A stretch of 63,988 bases of DNA, filler included, from Reclinomonas americana ATCC 50394 (GCA_048213135.1; 15 parts of 15 records of this genome joined end to end with filler, not necessarily neighbours in it), one strand, 5' to 3'. Counted from the whole stretch's first letter, positions 51,316 through 63,988 are shown. Numbers and translations: made by a program. Notes: generated from the sequence alone by a model not told the origin.

Positions 51316-54300
51316 ACGCGGGCGCAGTTTTTTCAGTGATGTCCACGCTGTCCTCTTGATGTCGCACTGTGTCGGCTCATTTCCGTGATCACGCGAACGC
51401 GCGAAAAAAGACCGTTGAGAGACAACTCAATTCGCGCCCTTTTTTTTCTCTTTTCTTTTCCAGCTGTCTCTCCGGCCAACATCGCCATCAGAACCGGCAC
51501 CGCTGGCCAGATCGTTGACATCAATGTCGCTGGCTCGGCCATTGCCTGGTCGCCTGCCTCCACTGCCACTCTCTTCCTCGACCGCGCGTGCACTGGCGTG
51601 TCGCCGACCTCCGTAGTTAACTCCAGCACCATCTCTGCTGCCTCGCTCACCTTTAATGCGTCGGGTGATGTCAATGGTGGTGAGCGATACCTGTGCATCG
51701 ACGTGGACGGTGCGGGCGCGGCCGCGCGCAACGAGTTTGTGGCCACTGTGTTTGTCTGTTGCGTCTCCATCACTCTCCCTCGCCTGTGCCTCCTCCGACT
51801 GACTCCATCCTCCCCTTCACCCCCCCCCCCCCCCCCACCATCCACGCAGACACCCTTGGTTTGCAGAACAAGTCGCCGCAGCTGGTCAATGGTCTCGCCG
51901 ACTATCGCCTGACGGTGGCTGGTCAGCACTTTGCCAATCGTGAGCTGGGTACTGGCGGCTCGTTCGGCCTGTACTCGGCCGCCGATTGCAGCGGGTCGAC
52001 GACACCAAACTCGAGCGTCACTCTGCAGGCCAGCGATCCGGCTGGTCTCTACACTGTGTTCTCGGTGGCCACTGGCTCATCGTTCGCGCAGGGTGCGCTG
52101 GGTGTGACGGCCGCCGGCTCGTGCTCGCTGGCGTCGCCGGGCGTGTACTATCTGTGTGGCAAGTTGCGTTGATGTGCGGGAGAGAAAGGGCAACACTCAG
52201 TAGTTTGTAATCATGTGAGGTCCGCCGCCTCCAAAAGATGTGAAGAGAGAGGAGAAGAGTTGGGACGAGAAGATGAGGGAGGTTGAATGGAAGAGAAGAG
52301 AAAGAACCGGAAAGAAGAGAAGAGACGCTTGTGTGATTCGAGTCCTGCTCTGCCCTCTGCATTCCTGATGTGCCTGCTACTGTTCTTCTTTCTCTTCGTG
52401 TCTCTAACGTAATCACACGCTCACTCCACTCTCCTTCTCCTTCTCGCCCCTCTTCTCCCTCTCTTTTTTTCTTATCCCGATTCCTCTTCTCCTTCCTCTC
52501 CTCCTCTCCCTCTCCCTCCCTCTGCCTCCTTCCTCCATCTCTCTAACTCACTTTGCCCTTCCCCACCATCAGATTCCAGGCCGGCGGCACCACCGTGTAC
52601 CGCCTGCAACCCCTCCCGCTCATCGTGACTGCCGCCTCATCGACGCCTGCGATCTCCTTTGCCAATCCGCCCGTGCTCAAGTACGGCATCGCCAACTCGA
52701 TTGTGATTGGTTCCTCCACTGAGAACCTCACCGACTGCACGAGCTTCAAGCTGGTGCCGGCCGGCGTCGATTGCGCCACTCTGTCGGACTACTCGACGCT
52801 GACGGGCAGCGTAGGCGCGTCGTTTGTGCGCGGTGGTGCCGACACATGTGAGTTTGCGACTGGCTGCCGCGTGTTCCGCGCGACTATCACGCCGAACGGG
52901 TCGAGTGGCGGCGGTGCCTACAAGTTGTGTGTGGCGGCCAACAACGGACCGTACGTGTCGGCGGAGGAGTCGTTCACTGCCGGATTCATGGCGGCCGGTG
53001 GTCTGAGTGCGAGCAGCAGCGCGGCACCCACATCCTCGCTGTCGACCGCTGACGACATGGACAGCGGCCCTGCCACCCCCAAGCCGAGCATGTCAACACT
53101 GGCAGTGACGGCAACCACGATCCAGTTCACGTTTGCTCGCGAGTTCTACCGCCGCCCGCGCGTGTTGCTCGGCTTTGCCAGTGTCGGTCGTCAGGGCGCC
53201 GCTGGCCCAATTTCCACTCTTGCCAACGAGCCGGCTGACGGCACTTTCGCGTTCTGTGCGGAGCCCGTGGTGACTGTGGCGCAACTGTCGACTCGCTGTC
53301 ATGGCGTGTCGGCGGACGGCCAGCCGGGACCCACCATCACGCTGAGTTGCGTTCACTACGATAATGGACAAGGCATTGAAGTGAGTGACTCATCATCTTC
53401 CCTCCGCTTTGCTGCATGTACAGGCTACCTGGCGTACTACGTGCATCAGACGAATACTCTGTCGATGGATGGTCAGCGGTCGCTGACAAGCGCAGCGTGG
53501 ACGTCGGATGCGGTGAACAAGAACAGCTCAACTGTTGCGTGATTTTTGTGAGTCCTCGTCTCTCTTGCGCCTGCTCATCCAGCTTACTTCGTGTCATGCA
53601 CAGTTGGTGAGCGTGTCGTCCGCGTATCAGTTTGCATCGGTGCCAGCCGTTCCCGTGGCCGTGATCGGTGTAATGTCGATGCGCCAGTCGGCTGCCGGCA
53701 ATGATGGACGCGTTCGCGGCGACAACTTTTCGGTGACAAGCAGCTCGGTCTCGCGCTCGAGTTTCGTGCTCAAGGGCACGGTGAGCGGCGACTCACGCAT
53801 TGAAGCGGTGTCTGCGCGCTTTGCTGTGGCACCGACACGCGCCGACAGCACCAACAACAGCGGATTCGTCATGCTGTCGGGAGGTGCGTTCTCATCCTCC
53901 CCTTTGGTTGGAGCGATATCAGGTTGTCTCTGTGTCTGACCCCGTGCGTGTGGCGCAGAGACGACGCACACCAGCGCAGCGACGACACAGACCGCGAGTC
54001 TGGTGACAGCGTCGACCCCCAACGGCCTGTTGCGCGCCACCATCAGTGTGCAGCTTTTCCTGCGTGGGTGGAAGTCGTCGGCAGTGATTGTGCAGAACCG
54101 CATCGACAAGCAGTCGCTGCAGTTCACCACGAAGCGCCTCGGCAATGAGTACTATGTGACGGCGATCTCGTACGGCGCCAGCGGGGCGGACGCGTCCGAC
54201 ATTGAGTATGTGACGTGGGTGGCGATTGGTCGTGCGGCGCAAGGCGCACCGATCTCGTGCCCTGTCGGCTATAGCGGCTCCAACTGCGGCGTGTGCACGC

Positions 54301-57300
54301 TGCCCGACGGTACCACGACGTGCTCACTGAACCGACGTGCGGTGCTGAGCTGTGCCTACGGCACCACTCAGATTGTTGCTGAGTGTGCCGAGGGCCGCGA
54401 GTGCTTTGAGTCTTACGGCTCGGCGCAATGTGGATGCTCGGCGAACGGTGCTGTGTGCGTGAGTAGCGGCGATTGCTGCTCTGGCAGCTGTGATTCTGGT
54501 CTGTGTGTGCCAGCGTGCAGCCCGACCACGACGTGCTCTGGTCATGGAACGTGCAACGCCGATGGCACTTGCAGCTGCACTAGTCCATGGAATGGTGAGT
54601 GATGGTGTTGTCCTTCCTGTTGTTGTGAGCTCTGTGAATGCTAGTATTCCGTCGTGTTAACATAGGCCCCTCATGCTCAACCTGCTCCGCTAGTCCTGTG
54701 GTTGCTCTTGGGTACATTGGCAGCTGGAGATCGGTGGCCTCCAGCAGTGACGGCACTAAATTGGTGGCTGTGACGAATGGCAGTCAGATTTACACCTCCA
54801 CCGACGCTGGTGTGACGTGGATAGCTCGCGATTCCAATCGCTTTTGGTGGTCAGTGGCCTCCAGCGCCGATGGCACCAAACTGGTGGCCGTTGAAGATAC
54901 TCGCCGAATCTACACTTCCGCTGACTCTGGCGTGACTTGGACGGCTCGCGACTCCAGCCGCCAGTGGTTTGGAGTGGCCTCCAGTAGTGATGGCAGCAAA
55001 CTGGTGGCTGTGGTGCTTTTTGGGCAGATTTACACTTCTGCCGACTCTGGCGTGACGTGGACGCCTCGCGAGTCCGATCGCAACTGGAATTCAGTCACCT
55101 CCAGCAGTGACGGAACCAAGCTGGTGGCTGTGGCGATTGGTGATCAGATTTACACTTCTGCCGACTCGGGCGAAACATGGACAGCTCGTGAGACCAATCG
55201 CGCCTGGATTTCAGTGGCCTCCAGCAGTGACGGCAGCAAGCTCGTGGCTGTGGCGGTTGATGATCAGATTTACACTTCCACTGACTCGGGCGAGTCGTGG
55301 ACAGCTCGTGAATCCAGTCGTAACTGGACTGGAGTGACCGCCAGCAGTGATGGCGCGAAGCTGGTAGCTGTCGATGGTGGTGGTCAGATTTACACTTCCA
55401 CTGACTCTGGAGTGACGTGGACGCCTCGTGATTCCACTCGTGACTGGGTCTCAGTGACCTCCAACAGCGACAGCACCAAGTTGGTAGCGGTGGTGAACAA
55501 TGGGCAGATGTACACCTCCTCAGACTCTGGCGTGACGTGGACTGGGGTGACTTCCGCAGGACTACATGCGAAAAGTCTCTGGACTTCAGTGGACTCTAGC
55601 AGTGACGGTACCAAGCTGGTGGCTGTGGTGTTTGGTGGCCAAATCTACACCTCTGCTGACTCGGGTTTATCGTGGATTGCTCGTGAATCCGCGCGCCGCT
55701 GGCAGTCAGTGGCCTCCAGCAGTGACGGTGCTAAGCTGGTGGCTGTGGCGGATTTTAGACAGATCTGCACATCCGCTGACTCCGGTGCGACATGGACGCC
55801 TCGTGATTCCAGTCGCCGCTGGTTTTCAGTGGCGTCCAGCAGTGACGGCACCAAGTTGGTGGCTGTGGAGCAGAATGGCCGAATCTACACCTCTGCAGAC
55901 TCTGGTGAGACGTGGACGGCTCGTGGTTTCAGTCGCCACTGGCGTGGAGTGGCCTCCAGCAGCGATGGCACCAAGCTGGTGGCTGTGGTGATTGGTGGTC
56001 AGATTTACACCTCCACTGACTCGGGCGTGACATGGACGCCTCGTGATTCCACTCGTGACTGGTTATCTGTGGCCTCCAGCAGCGATGGCACCAAGCTGGT
56101 GGCTGTAGCAAGCTCTGATCAGATCTACACCTCCACTGATTCGGGTGTGACATGGACGGCTCGTGATTCCGCTCGCAGCTGGACTGCAGTGGCCTCCAGC
56201 AGTGACGGCACCAGGCTTGCGGCTGTTGCAGACAACGATCACATGTACATCTCCACTGACTCTGGCGCGACGTGGAAGCCTCGTGATTCCAGTCGCAATT
56301 GGCTGTCAGTGGCCTTGACGAGTGACGGCACCCAGATTGTGGCATCGGCAGATCAGGTGTATGTTTTCGCGTGCATTCCGAACTGCGTGGCGGCCACCAC
56401 GTGCTCTGGTCACGGAACGTGCAACACTGACGGCACTTGTCTGTGCACGGACGACTACACCAATGCGAGCTGCAACTGCAGTCCCACTGCGACGTGCTCC
56501 GGTCACGGTACATGCAAGACTGACGGCACGTGTCTGTGTGCGGGCGACTACACCAATGCCAGCTGCAACTGCAGTCCCACCGCCATGTGCTCTGGTCATG
56601 GAACATGCAACACCGATGGCACATGCCAGTGCACGGGCGACTACACCAATGCCAGTTGCAACTGCAGTCCCACCGCCACGTGCTCTGGTCATGGAACATG
56701 CAACACCGATGGCACATGCCAGTGCACTGGCGACTACACCAATTCCAGCTGCAACTGCAGTCCCACCGCCACGTGCTCTGGACACGGATCATGCAACACT
56801 GATGGCACATGCCAGTGCACGGGCGACTACACCAATGCGAGTTGCAACTGCAGTCCCACTGCCACGTGCTCTGGTCATGGAACATGCAACACCGATGGCA
56901 CATGCCAGTGCACGGGCGACTACACCAATGCCAGCTGCAACTGCAGTCCCACTGCTACGTGCTCTGGTCACGGAACGTGCAAGACCGATGGAACATGTCA
57001 GTGCACGGGCGACTACACCAATGCCAGCTGCAACTGCAGTCCGTCTGCCACGTGCGCTGGCCACGGTACATGCCAGAGTGACGGCACGTGTCTGTGCACG
57101 GGCGACTACACCAATGCCAACTGCAACTGCAGTCCCACTGCCACGTGCGCTGGCCACGGTACATGCCAGAGTGACGGCACGTGTCTGTGCACGGGCGACT
57201 ACACCAACGCCAGTTGCAACTGCAGTCCGCTGCGACGTGCTCTGGTCACGGAACGTGCAAGACTGACGGCACATGCCAGTGCACGGGCGNNNNNNNNNNN

Positions 57301-60300
57301 NNNNNNNNNNNNNNNNNNNNNNNNNNNNNNNNNTTAATTAATTAANNNNNNNNNNNNNNNNNNNNNNNNNNNNNNNNNNNNNNNNNNNNACCGCCACATG
57401 CTCTGGACACGGAACGTGCAAGACCGACGGCACATGCCAGTGCACGGGCGACTACACCAACGCCAATTGCAACTGCAGTCCCACCGCCACATGCTCTGGC
57501 CACGGAACGTGCAAGACCGACGGCACATGCCAGTGCACGGGCGACTACACCAACGCCAGTTGCAACTGCAGTCCCACCGCCACGTGCTCTGGTCATGGAA
57601 CATGCAACACCAATGGAACGTGTCTCTGCACTGGCGACTACACCAATGCCAACTGCAACTGCAGTCCCACTGCCATGTGCTCTGGTCATGGAATATGCCA
57701 GAGTGACGGCACTTGCCAGTGCACTGGCGACTACACCAATGCCAGCTGCAACTGCAGTCCCACTGCCTCGTGCTCTGGTCATGGAATGTGCAACACCGAT
57801 GGAACCTGCACTTGTACAAGTCCTTGGAGTGGTGAGTAATGCGACTGCTGTCGACCGTGAATTCGCTGCTACTCAATGCTGACTTGTTCCCGCGAACAGG
57901 GCCCGCGTGCGCAGCCTGCTCTGGCGATCCTGTTCTCTCCCTCGGATACATTGGCAACTGGGCATCATTGGCCTCCAGCAGTGATGGCACCAAACTGGTG
58001 GCTATAGAGAGTGGCAGTGGTCAGATCTACACCTCCACTGATAGCGGTGCGACGTGGACAGCACGTGAGTCCAGTCGCAGTTGGACTGCAGTGGCATCCA
58101 GCAGTGACGGCACCAAGTTGGTGGCTGTGGTGTATGATGGCCAAATCTACACCTCTGCCGACTCTGGCGTGACGTGGACGGCTCGCGAGTCCAGTCGCCG
58201 CTGGATTTCGGTGGCCTCCGGCAGTGACGGCAGCAATCTCGTCGCAGTTGCTCAGGCAGACAAGGTTTACACCTCCACAGACTCCGGCGCCACGTGGACG
58301 CCTCGCGAGTCCAATCGCAACTGGACTTCAGTGGCCTCCAGCAGCGATGGCACCAAGCTGGTGGCTGCAGTGCAAGGTGGCCGAATCTACACCTCCACTG
58401 ACTCGGGTGTGACATGGACGGCTCGCGATTCAGTCGTAACTGGTGGTCAGTGGCGTCCAGCAGTGACGGAGCCAAGTTGGTGGCTGCGGTGAGCGGTGGT
58501 CAGATTTACACCTCGACCGACTCTGGTGCAAATTGGACAGCTCGTGATTCCAATCGCAGGTGGTATTCAGTCACCTCCAGCAGTGACGGCAGCAAGCTCG
58601 TGGCTGTGGCGATTGGCGGTCAGATTTACACTTCCACTGACTCTGGCGTGACATGGACGCCTCGTGAATCCACTCGTGACTGGCTATCAGTAACCTCCAA
58701 CAGTGACGGCACCAAGTTGGTGGCTGGGGTGCGCAGCGGGCAGATGTATACCTCCACTGACTCTGGCGTGACGTGGACTGGGGTGACTTCCCAGGGACTC
58801 CATGGGAAGAATACCTGGCAGGCAGTGGCCTCCAACAGTGACGGCACCAAGCTTGTTGCAGCTGTGCAAGGGGGTCAGTTGTACACCTCCACTGACTCGG
58901 GTGTGATATGGACGGCTCGTGATTCCGCTCGTGAATGGACTGCAGTGTCCTCCAGCAGTGACGGCACGAAACTGGTGGCTGCAACACGCTTTGATCAGAT
59001 CTACACCTCCGCTGACTCTGGAGTGACATGGACTGCTCGCGAATTCAGTCGCAACTGGACTGGAGTGGCCTCCAGCAGTGACGGAACCAAGTTGGTGGCT
59101 GTAGCACGCATTGATCAGATCTACACATCCACTGACTCGGGCGTGACATGGACTGCTCGTGCTTCCAGTCGCGGTTGGCAATCAGTGGCCTCCAGCAGTG
59201 ACGGAACCAAGTTGGTGGCTGCAACACGCTTTGATCAGATCTACACATCTACTGACTCGGGTGTGACATGGACGGCTCGCGATTCCGCTCGTGACTGGAC
59301 TGCAGTGGCCTCCAGCAGCGATGGCACCAAGCTGGTGGCTGTGGTGAACGGTGGCCAGACCTACACCTCCACTGACTCGGGTGTGACATGGACGCCTCGT
59401 GAATCGAATCGCGCCTGGACTGCAGTGGCCTCCAGCAGTGACGGCATGAAGCTGTCGGCTGTGGTGAGCAATGGTCAACTGTACGTCTCTTCTGACTCTG
59501 GCATGACGTGGACGTCTCGTGATTCCAATCGCATCTGGCTGTCTGTGGCTTGCAGCAGTGACGGCATCAAGCTCGTGGCCGGTGCGGATCAGGTGTACGC
59601 TTTCTCGTGTATTCCTAGCTGCAGTCCCACCACCACCTGTTCGGGTCATGGAACGTGCAAGACAGACGGCACATGTCTGTGCGATACCGACTATTACGGT
59701 GCGTCGTGCAGCGTGAACTGTGTGGCGGGCACGACGTGCTCTGGTCACGGAACGTGCAAGTCTGACGGCACGTGTTTGTGCACTGGCGACTACACCAACG
59801 CCAGCTGCAACTGCAGTCCCACTGCCACCTGTTCGGGTCATGGAACATGCCAGAGTGACGGCACGTGTCTGTGCACTGGCGACTACACCAATGCCAGTTG
59901 CAACTGCAGTCCCTCCGCCACGTGCGCTGGCCACGGTACATGCCAGAGTGACGGCACGTGTCTGTGCACGGGCGACTACACCAATGCCAGTTGCAACTGC
60001 AGTCCCACTGCCACGTGCTCTGGTCACGGAACATGCCAGAGTGACGGCACTTGCCAGTGCACGGACGACTACACTAATGCGAGCTGCAACTGCAGCCCGA
60101 GCGCCACGTGTTCTGGTCATGGAACGTGCAACACCGATGGAACGTGCACTTGCGCAAGTCCTTGGAGTGGTGAGTAATGCGATTGCTATCGACCGTGAAT
60201 TCGCTGCTGTTCAATGCTGACTTGTTCTCGCGAACAGGGCCCGCGTGCTCAACTTGCTCTGCTAGTCCTATTGTTTCCCTTGGATACATTGGTAGCTGGA

Positions 60301-61955
60301 AATCCTTTGCCTCCAGCAGTGACGGCACCAAACTGGTGGCTATAGAGAGTGGCAGTGGTCAGATCTACACCTCCACTGATAGCGGTGCGACGTGGACAGC
60401 ACGTGAGTCCAGTCGCAGTTGGACTGCAGTGGCATCCAGCAGTGACGGCACCAAGTTGGTGGCTGTGGTGTATGATGGCCAAATCTACACCTCTGCCGAC
60501 TCTGGCGTGACGTGGACGGCTCGCGAGTCCAGTCGCCGCTGGATTTCGGTGGCCTCCGGCAGTGACGGCAGCAATCTCGTCGCAGTTGCTCAGGCGGACA
60601 AGGTTTACACCTCCACGGACTCTGGCGCCACGTGGACGCCTCGCGAGTCCAATCGCAACTGGACTTCAGTGGCCTCCAGCAGCGATGGCACCAAGCTGGT
60701 GGCTGCAGTGCAAGGTGGCCGAATCTACACCTCCACTGACTCGGGTGTGACATGGACAGCTCGTGAGACCAATCGCTTTTGGCAGTCAGTGGCCTCCAGC
60801 AGTGACGGCACCAAATTGGTGGCTGTAGACAATGGCAATGGTCAGATTTACACTTCGACCGACTCTGGTGCAAATTGGACAGCTCGTGATTCCGGTCGCA
60901 GTTGGAATTCAGTCACCTCCAGCAGTGACGGCAGCAAGCTCGTGGCTGTGGCGATTGGCGATCAGATTTACACTTCCGCTGACTCTGGTCTTACATGGAC
61001 GCCTCGTGAATCCACTCGTGACTGGCTATCAGTAACCTCCAACAGTGGCGGCACCAAGTTGGTGGCTGGGGTGCGCAGCGGGCAGATGTATACCTCCACT
61101 GACTCTGGCGTGACGTGGACTGGGGTGACTTCCGAAGCGCTACATGGGAAAAGTCCCTGGCAGGCAGTGGCCTCCAGCGGTGACGGTACCAAGCTAGTGG
61201 CAGCTGTGAATGGAGGTCAGTTGTACACCTCCACTGACTCGGGTGTGACGTGGACGGCTTGTGAATCCACGCGCAATTGGCAATCAGTGGCCTCCAGCAA
61301 CGATGGCACCAAGTTGGCGGCCGTCGCGCAAGGCGATCAGATCTACACCTCCACTGACTCTGGAGTGACATGGACTGCTCGCGAATTCGGTCGCCACTGG
61401 ACCGCAGCGGCCTGCAGCAGTGACGGAACCAAGCTGGTGGCTGTAGCAAGCTTTGAGCAGATCTACACATCCACTGACTCGGGCGTGACATGGACGGCTC
61501 GCGAATCCAGTCGCCTCTGGCAATCAGTGGCCTCCAGCAGTGACGGAACCAAGCTGGTGGCTGTAGCAAGCTTTGAGCAGATCTACACCTCCTCTGACTC
61601 TGGCATCAACTGGACGGCTCGCGATTCCGCTCGCAACTGGCAATCAGTGGCCTCCAGCAGCGATGGCGCCAAGCTTGTGGCTGTTGAGCAAGGTGGTCAG
61701 ATTTACACCTCCTCTGACTCTGGCATCAACTGGACGGCTCGTGATTCCGCTCGCAACTGGCGGTCAGTGGCCTCCAGCAGCGACGGCACGAAGCTTGCGG
61801 CTGTTGCAGATAGCGATCAACTGTACATCTCCACTGACTCTGGTGTGACGTGGACAGCTCGCGATTCCAGTCGCGTCTGGCTGTCTGTGGCCTGCAGCAG
61901 TGACGGCATCAAGCTCGTGGCTGCCGCGGACCAGGTGTATGTTTTCTCGTGTTGA
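51026..61955 (+). CDS. Giant secreted modular protein: signal peptide, unknown beta domains, three H-type-lectin-like domains, EGF, and three 14-repeat Asp-box/BNR propeller modules separated by EGF arrays; two apparent 1-nt frameshifts
   Basis: The signal peptide is MPRTKHVRHSTAIVCLLVLLSLTALCRTAAA. Approximate exons are 51026-51122, 51464-51757, 51850-52162, 52572-53533, 53604-53884, 53959-54594, 54666-57831 (spans a gap), 57900-60168 and 60238-61955. It carries SxDxGxTW Asp-boxes and CSGHGTC EGF units. Frameshifts are near 57229 and 58431. Confidence 0.82.
54715..56375 (+). repeat. Asp-box repeat module 1 (14 units of 120 bp, arranged 7+7); modules 2 and 3 lie at about 57950-59610 and 60290-61950
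   Basis: The 40-aa unit is TARxSxRxWxSVASSSDGTKLVAVxxxxQIYTSxDSGVTW. A longer linker (TGVTSxxLHxKx) follows unit 7 in every module. Confidence 0.93.
56385..57831 (+). repeat. EGF-like tandem array (93-bp unit, at least 15 copies, broken by a gap); a second array of 6 lies at about 59620-60168
   Basis: The 31-aa unit CSPTATCSGHGTCxxDGTCxCTGDYTNASCN has near-identical DNA between copies and an NAS N-glycosylation sequon in most units. Confidence 0.93.
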
Positions 61956-62581
61956 TTGAGGGAAAGGGATTGAGAGGGCTTGGAAGGGAAGTGAGTTTCT
62001 TCTTCATTCTCTGTCGCTCTCTCTTCTTGTTCTTGTGCCGCTGTCTTTGAAGGTCATCAGCACATGTACAGTTTTTTTGCAATGAAGTGCTGCTGAGATT
62101 CTCTGTCTCTCTCTCTCTCCTCTTGTGAAAGGAGAGGGCAGTGATTTTCCTCTTCTCTATCTCCCTCTTCACGTGCTTTCGCCTCTTCCTCGAAGGTTAC
62201 CAGCATGCTAAATGCGTCGAGCATTCGCGACAGGACAACTCAGTTACATTCTTCCGGTCAAGTCGTCATGTTGTGGTGCGGTCGAATCACGAGACGCCTT
62301 TGGTCGTCGTCCTCGTCAAAGAAGGCACCTGCTGCATCAGCTGCTGTTGCGTCTACTGCATCAGTGTGGAGAGGGAGGGAGGAGGTGGAAAAGGGAGAAG
62401 GGCGAAAAAAAGGGGAAAAGAGTGTGCGTGGAAGTGATCATGAAAAAAGAGTTAGCGAGGGATGGAGAGAGCGTAAGTGAGTGAGTGGGAGAGTGAGTGA
62501 GTGAGTGTGTGAGTGAGTGAGTGAGCGAGTGAGAGAGGGACTGAGTGAGTGAGTGAGAGAGAGAGAAGTGAGTGAGTGAGT

Positions 62582-62652
<71 letters not shown>

Positions 62653-62782
62653 GACGACGACNNNNNNNNNNNNNNNNNNNNNNNNNNNNNNNNNNNNNNN
62701 NNNNNTTAATTAATTAANNNNNNNNNNNNNNNNNNNNNNNNNNNNNNNNNNNNNNNNNNNNGTACGTAGTAGTAGGTTGTTG

Positions 62783-62864
<82 letters not shown>

Positions 62865-63803
62865 AAGTGTGTGTGAGTGTGTGTGTGTGTGTGTTCGCTC
62901 GTAAAGCTCCGAACATGTCGAGAACTGCGATCTGCATGCCCTTTGTGCGTGGATGTGGACACAGTGGATTCAACGTACTGTGTTCTCGATGTTGATCGCG
63001 CCACCGCAGCCACGTGCACACTTGAGAGTCTTCAAGTAATATTCGCGCGCGCGATTCGATCGTCGATCGCGATGTCGATATCTCGTTGCTGCTCCTCATC
63101 GTGTTGGAGACTTTTGTGTGCAGTGCTAGCTGGACCGTGCTGCTGATGCACTTGTGAGTGATGTACGAGCTCTTTCGGGGACATCTTCGGTCATGATCGT
63201 TTGGCAGCCGCGCGCGGACCCGCTCGGACGATTCTTTCCTTTTTTGCCGGCGTTTGAGTCTCCTCTTCGCTCTGTTCTCTTTGCCTGGATAGCTGTGCAT
63301 GCGTCTGGCGTGGTGTGCGTGGTGGGAGCAGCAGAGACACACATACAAACGCCCACACTTGCACATAGTACAAAAGGTACCGGTTCGAGCTCGAGAATCG
63401 GAAAAATGCCAACTCACTACATCCGCTGCGCTCGTGCAGGCGTGCGTGCCTGAGTGCGTGCGTGCTCGTGTGTGTGTGTGAGAGAGAGAGAGAGAGCGCG
63501 CGCGCGAGTGGGTTAGCATGTTACTGTGGGCTCAGCCCGCGAGTGTGTGTAGTGAGTGCAAAACCGCTGCAGGTGGTTTTGCATGCACGTCTTGCAGCTT
63601 TCTTCTTCCCCTCTTTTCTGTGTCTCATCGCAAGAACAAGAAGACACAAAGAATCTGCATTGTTGAGCCATACGGAGTTGCACGACACCAAATATGGGGT
63701 GTTTTACGTTGCCATAAATGGCTCGTTCATTTTTTCGGAACCAATGCATGATGGTTTTTTTCGCATTTCTTTCTTTTCCTTCCAGTGCAGGAGCACAGAC
63801 AAC

Positions 63804-63988
63804 ATGACCCGCACTCTCCTCCTTGGCCTCACAGTGGCCATTCTCCTCGTGGCCACCGGCCACACTGTCTCGGCACAGGGCGGCAACTGCGCTGCCGACC
63901 GCAGCCTCTGCAACCCGAACGGTTTCTGCAACTCCAGCAACGTGTGCGAGTGCAACTTCAACTGCTACAACTTTGGCGGCAACGACAA
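63804..63988 (+). CDS. N-terminus of a secreted EGF-like protein (runs off the window)
   Basis: The ATG at 63804 gives MTRTLLLGLTVAILLVATGHTVSA followed by QGGNCAADRSLCNPNGFCNSSNVCECNFNCYNFGGND. This is a signal peptide plus EGF cysteine spacing, with strong C-ending codon bias. Confidence 0.8.
   Translation, partial: MTRTLLLGLTVAILLVATGHTVSAQGGNCAADRSLCNPNGFCNSSNVCECNFNCYNFGGND

Noticed and set aside
53381..53423. Possible 39-nt intron in the lectin-like region
   Set aside because: The frame is open with or without it and the donor is ambiguous, so it was not counted in the splice-site tally.
57220..57240. 1-nt frameshift in the EGF array (agtccgctgcg versus agtcccactgcg)
   Set aside because: It lies about 60 nt from a contig end inside near-identical repeats, so it is most likely a consensus error rather than pseudogenisation.
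54715..61950. 120-bp repeats with variable patches as a CRISPR array or DGR target
   Set aside because: They are in-frame protein-coding repeats. No reverse transcriptase or template repeat is present in the window, and variation is not visibly limited to adenines.
62190..63400. Possible minus-strand gene fragments (for example AFFDEDDDQRRLVIRP; ORF 62710-63519)
   Set aside because: No consistent exon chain or recognisable motif could be built, so it is left unannotated.

Overview
This is an intron-rich eukaryotic scaffold, probably from a protist. It is rich in microsatellites and has 14 gaps filled with an artificial N-TTAATTAATTAA-N linker; several genes continue in phase across these gaps. 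Gene models were built by hand from splice sites and reading frames. In order, the window holds: two tandem NLR-like genes (ubiquitin-like / HEPN-like / NACHT / pentapeptide / hypervariable WD40); a giant Pmp-like GGA-FxxN surface protein; an unknown Ser/Pro-rich gene; a coiled-coil / CAP-Gly / EF-hand gene; two tandem GH113-like glycosidases; mitochondrial YME1/FtsH; a secreted lectin-like / EGF / Asp-box propeller repeat protein; and the start of another EGF protein. Two signals stand out. First, about a quarter of the inferred introns use a second 5' splice-site class, GTT[G/T][C/A]G(T), which is the normal motif shifted by one base and is found only where the exon does not end in G. Second, the tandem NACHT-WD40 genes carry an RxxxxH HEPN-like RNase domain and look like immune receptors with HET-E-style repeat diversification. 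No transcript data or database searches were available.
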